From assembly GCA_951406725.2 (NCBI GenBank), contig OX597825.1, forward strand, positions 84,010,001-84,074,000: DNA of 64,000 bases, in the 5' to 3' direction. Below the pieces are notes generated by a model, which ran no database searches, had not been told where the DNA came from, and saw nothing but the letters and a program-made list of their open reading frames with translations. The position numbers and the translations under genes were made by a program. Shown one piece after another: positions 52,856-64,000 of the stretch (positions are counted from its first letter, which is position 1; every line of letters begins with the position of its first letter). The DNA is from Octopus vulgaris. Lineage: Eukaryota.

Positions 52856-53150
52856 ATACAATACGCTCAGAAACAGTATAAACAATGCTAACACATCAAC
52901 AATTCAAGACGTTGCTGAACAAGGTTATTTCCCCATGCAAATAAACACTCCAGTTCGTATTAGTGAACACAGTCAAGGATTTGCAGGGTGTGACTATTGC
53001 TACATGCAAAATCCCAGCTCAGTTGAGTCCAGTCAAAGATCAACGTCTTCACAGCTTAACCCTCTAGATGTATGTAAAAGCAGAAATCCACTATCAGAAG
53101 AGTCAGCTCAAATTTGTAATTCTCCAATATATGAAGAACTAACAGTATAG
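52856..53150 (+). CDS. Membrane protein exon 14: cytoplasmic tail with YNTL, YFPM, YCYM and IYEEL motifs, stop TAG
   Basis: ttgcag acceptor, phase 2 matches the TM exon, frame open to the stop at 53150. Confidence 0.75.
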
Positions 53151-54400
53151 CCCAGCGTTGCTCAGGTTTGTTTTTTTAGTTGTGCTTAAAACGGCAGACT
53201 TTGATGTGGCGTTAACAAACTTTTGACGTAGTTTCAATCTATGAATAAAAGTATAAGAGTGGCGATGCTCGAGTTTGCTCTGAATGTGCAGCAAATGTGT
53301 AATACCGACTTCAGTTGTTGATATTGTTGGTTAATATTCCTTCTATTAACATTATGGAGAAGAAAAATTACCCGTAGATTTAAAGCAAAATGAAGCTCAA
53401 GTTTTGAACTGCACTGAAAATCTATTAAGACGTTAACACTGCAACAGAATTCATTAAGAAAAAGAACAGGAAAATCCGAAACGTTAGTAAGAACAGTTTG
53501 TGGTTACAAACAAAAAAAATCGTGATTGTACCTGTAAAATGAATAAAATCGACTATTTTACATCATGTATAGCTAACAAAAATCTGTAAAATCAAAACAT
53601 ACCTATTGAAGGTTTGACTTGAACATCGTAGATAGTAACAGCATGCAGATCGCACAACTGCTATGACTGCCATACCCACAAATAAGAATCCCTTAAACCG
53701 ACAAATGTTCGGTCTTACGTTAATGCAATTAGTTTTTCTCTAAAAAAATCGATTGAAATTGCTGAATTGTACTCAATGCTGTAGCAGTTGACGACATTGA
53801 AAATTAGTGTATTCACGCAGTGAACATTACTCCTCTGCATTGGAACAGCTGATCCGTCGTTTGCTCAAAACCAATGACATCACAAAAAAATTCTTTCCGA
53901 CCCTTTAGAATTGGAATTTTTGAAAGCCTATGCTTGAAGCCTATACATAGAGCCTTTACAAACCACCGATACATAGGGCCTATACATACACCCTTTATAT
54001 AGAGTCTATACATAGAGCCTAGACATGAAGCGTATACATAGGGCCTTGAAGCCTATACATAGAGCCTAAGCCTATATATACAGCCTATACATAAAGCCTA
54101 TACATAGAACCTATGCATAAAACCTACATAAAGCCTATATATGGGGTCTATAATTAACGCTTTATGTATAAGCTTAGTATAAGCTATACATAGAGCCTAT
54201 TCATAGAGCCTATACATACAGCCTATAAACAAAGTCTATACAAAGAGTCTATGAAACTTATCCATAATATCTATACATAGAGCTTTTGAAGCCTATAATA
54301 AAGCCTATACATACAGCCTATACATGTATCCTATACATAAAACCGAGCTATACATGAAGCCTATACATCGGGCATACACTTAACGCTTTTTGTAGGGTTT
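53139..54400 (-). mobile_element. Helitron-like remnant containing an AGCCTATACAT minisatellite (about 53926-54370); right boundary approximate
   Basis: Terminus ctaacagtatagcccagcgttgctcaggtttg; shares 'acccttt/cagaa.tggaatttttgaaa' with the 41548 copy. Confidence 0.55.
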
Positions 54401-54610
54401 GGGTTAAGTTAAGGATTATCATTTCAACGATGACGATGTCTTCCCACTGGAAACTGCTTTTCTTTTACACTTATGCTCACAGACCCCTCATCCCATTTCG
54501 TTCTCCATTCGTCAGTGATAACTATTCTAAAAGAGTGTCGAGGAAACATCAGCATACCAAATAATATTTTAAAAATAAAATACAAAAAAAAAAAATGAGA
54601 AAAGTTACGT

Positions 54611-54692
54611 TGGCAGCGGTGGGATTCGAACCCACGCCTCCGAAGAGACTGGTGCCTTAAACCAGCGCCTTAGACCGCTCGGCCACGCTACC
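54611..54692 (-). tRNA. tRNA-Leu(AAG)
   Basis: GGTAGCGTGGCCGAGCGGTCTAAGGCGCTGGTTTAAGGCACCAGTCTCTTCGGAGGCGTGGGTTCGAATCCCACCGCTGCCA: intact cloverleaf with long variable arm, A/B boxes and a downstream T-run. Confidence 0.97.
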
Positions 54693-56848
54693 TTCATGAC
54701 AGATGACATAGATATTATTATTTATTTCAGTAGAATGAGTCTGATGTTTATAATAACAGCCGTCATTTATGCCTTAGTCAAATGTAGAACCAAATCTGAT
54801 GAGGGAATATCGAGTTACCTCCCCGTAGACATCTTCACTCTGTCAGTCTCACCTTACTGTGCTATTACCTCCTACCACAATATCATACTGATGGTACCTC
54901 CCCCTCCCGTCTTTCTCTCTCTCTACTCCTGCTCCCACTACATATTCCTCTACATATTCCTCTCTTTATCTTAATACCTATTTCTTTACTACCCTACCCA
55001 CAGGGGGCTAAACACAGAGGGGAGAAACAAGGACAGACAAACGGATTAAGTCGATTACATCGACCCTAGTGCGTAACTGGTACTTAATTTATCGACCCCG
55101 AAAGGATGAAAGGCAAAGTCGACCCCGGCGGAATTTGAACTCACCATGACCTCACATACAAGGCATCCTGGCGAACGAGATATATAACAACATAACATTT
55201 ATTTAAAGTTCTTTATTAGAATATTTTCGGTTGCTTTTTACGAATTTTTGTAGCAATTATGATGCAGGATATTTCTCTAACTCCATTTATATCGCAGTAT
55301 ACCACGTCTGTATAATATTTATACAAAGTTGAGCACCGTTAATCGAAAAGTTAACCGTTAACCAAAAAGTTAACCTCGTTAACCGTGAATCAGTGACGGA
55401 AATTATCGATAAACCGTTAACGTTAATTTTTATGATAGAGTAAATAAAAAGAAAAACACAGGTTTTGCTTTAAAACCAACTAAAAATACTTTTAAAATGT
55501 GTCAAAACTATAAAATCCATTAAACTATAAAATCAATTAAAGTTAACAGAAGTTAACTCAATTTAATTAATCCGAAAATGATATCCAAAGTTAACTTAAA
55601 AGGTAAATCGTTAACGGAAATGTCAACTTCGTTAATTAACAATTAACTCTTTGGAGTCCAGGTTTCTATTTATATAAAATAATTTTTCATAGCAGACAAA
55701 AAAAATAACAAAACAAAAAACAAACCTATCAGATCATGTATTACGATCGTAAGCAATAACGGTCTAAGGGAGATAAGTAATATTAAAGTAACAACAAGAG
55801 TTATTTACCTTTGATCGTATTTCTATCAATTTTCTTGCCTCAGTCACTTCGCCTCAATAAAATTTTATTTGCAGATTGTATTTTCTTTTTTAATTTTAAA
55901 ATGAGATCAATCAAAAAAGTTTGGGTTATTTGAGTGAGTTGACATTCCTTACGATAACTTCTTAATTTTCTTTTGGGGGTGGGGGGGAAATATAACCCAA
56001 AATGTTTATGCAAAATATCCTAGTTATATCAAATTAAAACCGAAATAAATACCAGTTATTTTTGGCAACATGGTGTAACATGAATCCAAAGGCGCAGTAT
56101 TCAGCGATACGATAACACAAATAATATAAAAAAGGAACATTGAAACCCTTCGAATGTGGTCCTAGATGCATTAGGGCAGAAAAAAATGCGTCAATGAAGG
56201 CATGAAAGGCTCTCATCATCCATCTACTGGATTGATGTTGTCCTGGGGTTAAACGTACACCAACAATAGTCAATGGCTGAGCATCACAATAAGTGTTCGA
56301 TTTGGTAGAAATAGCAGTCAAATCCCTTTCAGATCACATTATACAGTCCTGTAATGGCTAATGAAGTTACAATAGTTAAAAAGCTTGGTTCGCAATCACA
56401 AGGCCCTGTGTTCTATCCTACTGCGTGGCATTTCAGACAAGTGCCCTCTGTTTGGTCGGCCCAAGCCTTGTTAGTGAAACTGGGTTGATGGAAACTGCAC
56501 TGAAGCGCGTGGTTAAAATTTCCCCCTAATTCAAGAAATTCAGCCAGCCTTGTGACATTCATCGTGTTACGTTAATTCTGCAAAAGAATTACGTTGACGC
56601 TACGCTTACCCATGGTATATTCAACCACTTATTTAATAAGAAAGAAATCTTAGTCGTAAGAAAAGTAGATATAGCCGCAGGTGCGGCTGTGTGGTAAGAA
56701 GCTTATTTCCCAATCACATGGTTCCAGGTTCAGTCCCACTGCGTGCACCTTGGGCAAGTATCTTTTAGTATAAGTTCTCTAGTTTTGGGTCGACGAAAAC
56801 TTTGTGAGAGTAGATTTGATAGATGGAAACTGAAAGAAGCCCTTCGTG

Positions 56849-56895
<47 letters not shown>

Positions 56896-56906
56896 ATCTC
56901 TATCTA

Positions 56907-56969
<63 letters not shown>

Positions 56970-57009
56970 TCATAAATATATATATATATACACACACACA
57001 TATATATAA

Positions 57010-57088
<79 letters not shown>

Positions 57089-57307
57089 TATATATATATG
57101 TGTGTGTGTATGTGTGTGTGTGCATAGTTGGAATTTACAAAAACAAAAAACAAACAAATGAAAGACGAAGACGGGTGCGTAAACAACAAGCAGGTGTATT
57201 AGTTTGACGCTTGGGAAGGTGAGAAAGTCTTTTACGTTTCGAGCCTACGCTCTTCAACAGAAAGAAATAAGAGAAAATAAAGAGAGATTGAATAAAAAAA
57301 CTATATA

Positions 57308-57612
57308 TTAGGTTCTCCAGAAAGTTCCGAGCTTTTTTTAATCTAAATCTTATAACGCTTCATCGAACACACCTGAAACGTAACATAGATAAAACCTTGG
57401 CGTTGCTTGAAGTGGTAGTGCACCCGTTCTTTGTTTCTGACTAAAGATAGATTTATCTTTCATTCCGATTCCCTTTCATTGACATTTGAAATGGATAACC
57501 AAAAATTTCATATTCGTATCGCAATGCTTTTGTTTTTTATAAAAAGGAGAAAATGCTGCAAAGACTTGCAAAAGCATTTGTGGAGTTTATGGCGACGATG
57601 CTGTAAGTGAAT
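57308..57612 (+). mobile_element. Mariner 5' fragment (TIR plus start of transposase HTH)
   Basis: ttaggttctccagaaagttcc terminus; MDNQKFHIR...KGENAAKTCKSICGVYGDDAVSE. Confidence 0.65.
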
Positions 57613-57813
57613 AAAGATTATACACTAAGCGCATGTTTAAGCCTATACATAAACCCTATGCACAAAGACTATAGGCTATGAAGCCTATAGACAATGCCTA
57701 TACATAAAGCATATACATAGAACGCGTATATAAAGCCTATACATAAAGCATATATGCAAAGCTTTTAGATAAAGCTTATTCATAAGGCCGATAGGTAATA
57801 CATATATATATGT

Positions 57814-58226
57814 GGCGCAGGAGTGGCTGTGTGGTAAGTAGCTTGTTTACCAACGACATGGTTCCGGGTTCAGTCCCACTGCGTGGCACCTTGGGCAAGT
57901 GTCTTCTACTATAGCCTCGGGCCGACCAAAGCCTTCTCAGTGGATTTGGTAGACGGAAATTGAAAGAAGCCTGTCGTATATATGTATATATATATATATA
58001 TATACATGTGTGCATGTGTATATGTTTGTCTCCTCCAACATCGCTTGACAACCGATGCTGGTGTGTTTACGTCCCCGTCAATTAGCGGTTCGACAAAAGA
58101 GACCGATAGAATAAGTACTGGGCTTACAAAGAATAAGTCCCGGGGTCAATTTGCTCGATTAAAGGCGGTGCTCCAGTATGACCGCAGTCAAATGACTGAA
58201 ACAAGTAAAAGAGTAAAAAGTAAAGA
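57814..58226 (+). mobile_element. Full-length tRNA-derived SINE, family A (partial or full copies also near 1113, 10500-11175, 12280, 19003, 28616-29032, 31887, 39280, 56677)
   Basis: A-box (TGGCTGTGTGG) and B-box (GGTTCAGTCCC) head, central microsatellite, GTAAAAGA tail; dispersed copies on both strands. Confidence 0.85.
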
Positions 58227-60663
58227 GCATACAAACAATGTGTCAAAAAATTGAAAAATAATGACTTGTAAAACAAAGATTCAAAAACAAAAAAAAACAC
58301 AAATAACAACAACAACAACACACACCCGAACTCGTTCTTTGACAAACGAAAGTACAGTGGATACTAAGCAAGTCCTTTCATTCACGAATATTCTTTTGAA
58401 CAAGAAGACACTCGATGTGAAACATTTTGTCGAAAGTTCTAAAGCGTGGCAATATTTTGTCCATAAGTTGGGTACTCTTTCCCTGCCTTAATCTGTCATA
58501 TATTTTGCTAGAAGGAATGAGAATAGGGTATTAGCGCCTTGCTTTGCTAAGGCCATGGAGGTGTTGTTTGTTCATTCAGAGGCGGCAGCTGTAGCAGAGT
58601 GGCGAGGTTCGTTAAGTAACATTTTATTTAGTGAGTTCTGTCAGTGTTTGGTACTATACGCGTGGTCATCAAAACTGGGGACGAGGCCAATGTGCAAGCA
58701 GAAATCGTACAAGGTACAGCTGTCCATAAAGTAATCCCACAATATTTCTAAAAAAGAAACACAAGGGTCACGATCGAGACTTTGATTCCTGACCCGTCGT
58801 TCTTTTCGTGACTCAGTATTTATTTTAGGTTTACTGAACAGAAAGCCCTTAGACTAATTTTCACTGCCACATGTGTAGCAACTTGGTCTTTTGCCTTGGA
58901 TGTTCAGTTGAAAGACCTACATTTCAGTGGGTTCTAAAGAGCACAACTTTGGTTAGTTTTGCGATTTTGAGGAGTCATGAGAACACGAATATCCCTGGTC
59001 ACTCTACCCGACTATACATCACCATAAGTTACACATACCCTCTCCCGAAACCCCACTTAAGAAACGTTTTTGAATGTGTCAGTGAAGAAGAGAAGTCTAT
59101 GAGTTATGAAAGAAAGCCTATATTTCTTCAAGAGGAATCCCTCTTTTGGTGATGAAGAACCGGTCTCCTGTGAAGAGGAGACAATCTCTAGTGTCAGCGG
59201 AACCAATCTTCTACCCGAACGAAACGAACAATTCAGCCATTCCGAAGAGCAAGGAAAGAGAAAAAGACCACGCATACAAAAGACATTTTCCTCCCTCCCC
59301 CTTTTCCCTCCTTCTTTTCCTCCTCCCCCTTTCTTTCCTCTCCCCTCTTTCTCCCCTCCTTCGCATCCCTTCCTTCCTTCCCCTCCCCTTCTCCTTCCTT
59401 CCTTCCCCTCTTCCTTCCTCTCCCCTCCTTCCTCGCCCCTCCTTTCTCTCCCCCTCGTTCTCCCCCTCATGCCCCCTTCCTCCCTCCCTTCCCTTTCCCA
59501 CTTCTTCCTCCCCCTCTTTTTCCTCCTCCCCTTCCTCTCCCCTTTCTCATCCCCTCTTCCCCCCTCCAATATATAATTTGCTTGCTAATTAACCCTTCAG
59601 CACTTCCTCACCTCTGCCCCACATTAAACGCGTTAAACGCAAACTCGTCTCCGCCTCTGAAAGATAAGTCGAAGGTTTTTCCTACATTTGGGTAAGAGTT
59701 ACTCTCCGGTGCGACGAGTTCAGATTGGAGAGCACAACAAAAGCGATGACATGTAACTCTGACCGAAGTTGGTCATTCTTGGAACAAAAGAAAGAGAGAG
59801 AAAAAAAAAGAAAGAAACAAAAGAAAAAAAAAAGGAAAGAGAAAAGCAAGAAGAAAGCAACATGTTACCTCAATCACAACAAAGCTAGACAATCTTTTAT
59901 CAGAGTTGGCTGAATGCTTACAGAAAATCGATAGCTCAACGTGAGAGTTGAAAAGCGAATTCATACGTTGATAAAAGGCAATGAGATCTTTGGCCTACAG
60001 AAAAATGTTTAGCAACAATGATTGAATCATGCATTACGTTAGATTGACGGTGAAAGATGAAACAGATTTAGTTTGATAGGTTTCGCTTTGATCGCCTTCC
60101 CATTTGGAATGAGAGAAATGAAGGAAAGCGGTTGATATGGCTGGTTTTTAATTCTAGGTCAGCCCCGATTGTGATACAAGACCCTTGATCAAAGATCTTC
60201 CAATCGTGGTCAACCAGCTTTGTTTTTCTAGGTTAGTATATACAGTATACAGAGAAATACATTAATATTTAATATCTTTTAAACAGTAGGGTGTGATACG
60301 AGGAAGATTTAGTCGTCATTTCTAGCGTGACGGGCTACCGCGAAAGAGCAAGAGTTTTCAGCCATTTTCTGATTCCAGATCCCCTAAAACATTCTTCAAT
60401 CTATCCCCATACTCTGACCCCCAGAGTGTCGAAATCATCCTCGATTCATCCGATTAAAAAGGCGGATCAACGAAGACGCTCACTTCACCTCTAAATCCGC
60501 CCAAAAGCTCAAGCTGACCAGATTAATCTTAATACGTTTCGGACACCATAAAAGCTATTGAAAGATTTCTACAGAAGTGTCTTCATTACAGATTAAAATG
60601 TAAAGTTTACTTTCCAAGCTTCAGGGATTGTACCTGTCATGTACTGGGGTCGCTTAAACCAAC

Positions 60664-61505
60664 TCTTCTTCTTCTTCTTCTTCTTCTTCTTCTTCTTCTT
60701 CTTCTTCTTCTTCTTCTTCTTCTTCTTCTTCTTCTTCTTCTTCTTCTTCTTCTTCTTCAGTAACATCACCACCACCGCCGCCGCCGCCGCTACTACCACC
60801 ATTACCACAACCGCCACCACCACCACAACCATCACAGGCACTGCTGCCATCACCACCACCACCACCACCACCATCACCACCACCACCACTACCACCACGA
60901 CCACCACCACGACCACCATCACAACCACCACCACCACCGGCACTGCTGCCATCATCACCACCACCACCACCACCACCACCACCACCACCACCCACTACCA
61001 CCATCACCACCACTACCACCACGACCACCACCACGACCACTATCACAACCACCACCACCACCGGCACTGCTGCCATCATCACCACCACCACCACCACCAC
61101 CACCACTACCACCACGACCACCACCACGACCACCATCACAACCACCACCACCACCGGCACTGCTGCCATCATCACCACCACCACCACCACCACCACCACC
61201 ACCACCACCATCACCACCACCATCACCACCACTACCACCACGACCACCACCACGACCACTATCACAACCACCACCACCACCGGCACTGCTGCCATCATCA
61301 CCACCACCACCACCACCACCACCACCACCACCATCACCACCACCATCACCACCACTACCACCACGACCACCACCACGACCACTATCACAACCACCACCAC
61401 CACCGGCACTGCTGCCGCCACCACCACCACCACCACTGCTGCCATCACCACTACAACAACCACCATCACCCCAACCACCGCCGCCGCCACCCCACCTCCC
61501 ACCAC
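60664..61505. repeat. (TTC)n tract followed by a (CAC)n-based minisatellite with recurring ggcactgctgccatc
   Basis: Directly visible; higher-order unit of about 95-125 bp. Confidence 0.95.
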
Positions 61506-62132
61506 TGGAAGTTATTCCTCAGTTGCATGTTTTAATTTATGCTAAAATCATTTCCTGTTAATTGAAAAAACAAAATACACGAATTATTATTTTATTCCTC
61601 TTCCCGTTTGGCCTTTAATTAAAATCATTGAATTTAAGTTCCCTAAAAAATTTCCCCGTTGAAGTCATTTGGAAAGGAAACCCATTCCAAACACGGTTTG
61701 GCTTGTGATATTTCTTGCAATCCTTGCGGCCATCTTAGCACTTTCTATAATTCGGTGACTGCGCATGCGTGTATCTATGTTGATCAGAGTGTGTATAAGA
61801 GCGCATTCATTTCTTTCCAGTATGCATTTTACATGTGTGTATATATATATATGTATGTATATATGAGCCAGAAAATGTGTGTGTGAGATGGAATATATTT
61901 GTGTATGCATCTATGCACGTATATCTGCATACGTGTGTATATGTGTAAATGTGCATCCGTGTATATTTACAAGCGTATACATGTGTACATTTATGTGTCT
62001 GCATACGTGTGCGTGTGTGTGTGTATGTATATACTTCCACAGAGAGCCGTGTGTATGTATGCGTATTCGTATCTATCACTGCTTGCATATATGCATACTG
62101 GCTTGTATGAACGCGTACGCGCGCACGAGTGA

Positions 62133-62191
<59 letters not shown>

Positions 62192-62198
62192 TATATAC

Positions 62199-62284
<86 letters not shown>

Positions 62285-62476
62285 GTATATATGTATATGT
62301 ACATAATATATTTACATTTATAAACATATATATACATATATATATATATTTACATATATATTTACACACACATACACACACACACATACACACATATATA
62401 TGCATGCATAAAAGTACATTATCATTATTCATAAGAAATAATATTAGTGGCTGTAAGCATAAAACCGTATAAGTAA

Positions 62477-62513
<37 letters not shown>

Positions 62514-62571
62514 ATTAGGGTATCAAGAAGAACCAGCTTTGCTAAAAATAGGAACCTTAAAAAGCTCCGAA

Positions 62572-62616
<45 letters not shown>

Positions 62617-62692
62617 GTGTGTATAAGTATGTGTGGATGGATGCATGTGAATTCGCATACATGCGAGTGTATATATGTGCGTACCAGCATAT

Positions 62693-62792
62693 NNNNNNNN
62701 NNNNNNNNNNNNNNNNNNNNNNNNNNNNNNNNNNNNNNNNNNNNNNNNNNNNNNNNNNNNNNNNNNNNNNNNNNNNNNNNNNNNNNNNNNNN
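62693..62792. other. Assembly gap (100 N)
   Basis: Run of N. Confidence 1.
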
Positions 62793-64000
62793 AAAATTAA
62801 AATACCGGTAGTTTACGTTTTGATATTAATAAACACCTACGATTGTCGTTATTATTTTTATACAGCCATTATATCGTTTATACTATTATTATATCTTTAA
62901 CCCGTATTTATAGTTTATACATTACTCACACCGGATATTGGTTATAACTCATCGTTCTCGACCAAATAACCACGTTCAAGTTATTTTCTTGAAATTTATT
63001 TCTCAGAGTTTGCTGATTATTATTGTCGTTGTTTTTATTGTTGTTGTTGCGTGTGTGTGTGTACGGGTTTATGTTTGTGTTTGTGTGCCCCACTTTGAGT
63101 TAATCTCATGGTTACAGACTCAATCCGACGCAATGAAATTGCTTAGAGGGGGAATATGTTAGCTGATCAAATTTCACGTGTCTCTAATTAACACACTGCG
63201 TCACGCAGATTCTGAGCGAAGGTTATATTAAGAATATATTAAGTGATTGAGTATATGTGGTATACTCAGCCACACATACTCAACTATAAGATGGACTATA
63301 CCACTAACTCAAACGCTGTGTCACACCGGTTTCACTCGAAGTTTACGCTCAAGGCACATGCGCTTGAGGTATATTCAACCACTTACACTATAAAGTCTAC
63401 ATGATAATAATGGTTTCTAATTCATGCACAAGGCCGGCAATTTTGAGAGCAGGAGATCAGTCGATATCATCTTGCTCAGTAATTCTCTGCTACTTTATTT
63501 TATCGACCTTAGAGGTATGAAAAGCTAAGTTCACCGTGACAAGATTTGAACTCAGAATGTGAACGTAGAGTCGAAAGACATGCCGCCAAACATTTTCCCG
63601 ACGCTCTGACAATCCTACAAGCTCTCTGCCTTGGCCTACATTTATAATAACGCTTTCACATTTTGGCACAAAGCCAGCAATTTCGGGGGAGGAGGTAAGA
63701 CAATTGCAACAGCCCCAATACTCGGTTGGTACAGTTTTTATCGACCTCGAAAGCAAGAAAGGTAAAGACGACCTCGAAAGAAATTGAACTTAGAAACTAA
63801 AGCCCCGCGAAACGCCGCCAACGATTCTGCAAGCTCGACGCCCCAGTCTGCAATCGTTATTGTTCTTATCTGTTATGTGGTCTTTCAGTTGGAGTGATTT
63901 CTGACAGATACGATTAGTCAGAAACCGCACCAGATGGAAGACTAATCAATCTCTCCAGGGCATCGGTTGTTTAGTCCTAGGAAAGGCTATATAGTAAGAA

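Noticed and set aside
60593-61535. 298-aa poly-Phe/Thr/His ORF and its antisense ORFs
   Set aside because: Translation of (TTC)n and (CAC)n repeats; no splice or domain support.

Overview
Repeat-rich, AT-rich animal genomic DNA, probably an octopus/coleoid cephalopod (inferred from the SINE and microsatellite landscape). Left half: the 5' part of DNA ligase III (LIG3) on the minus strand. Eight coding exons (18930 down to 432) encode a presequence, the PARP-type zinc finger and the DNA-binding domain, and the gene continues off the left edge. Right half: a 14-exon plus-strand gene assembled by hand from splice sites (32725-53150, about 667 aa). It encodes a signal peptide, five divergent repeated beta-rich domains (PLAT/LH2-like by inference), one transmembrane helix and a Tyr-motif tail, and it contains a recent two-exon duplication. 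Its last intron holds the most striking feature: six near-identical 535-bp tandem units, each with a canonical type I hammerhead ribozyme on the minus strand and a terminal inverted segment (retrozyme/Penelope-like array), next to a decayed Penelope RT fragment with its own degenerate hammerhead. Also present: tRNA-Leu(AAG), mariner, Tx1/L1-like, CR1-like and Gypsy remnants, Helitrons, several MITEs, many SINEs, long microsatellites and a 100-N gap. All calls were made by eye; no database search was run.
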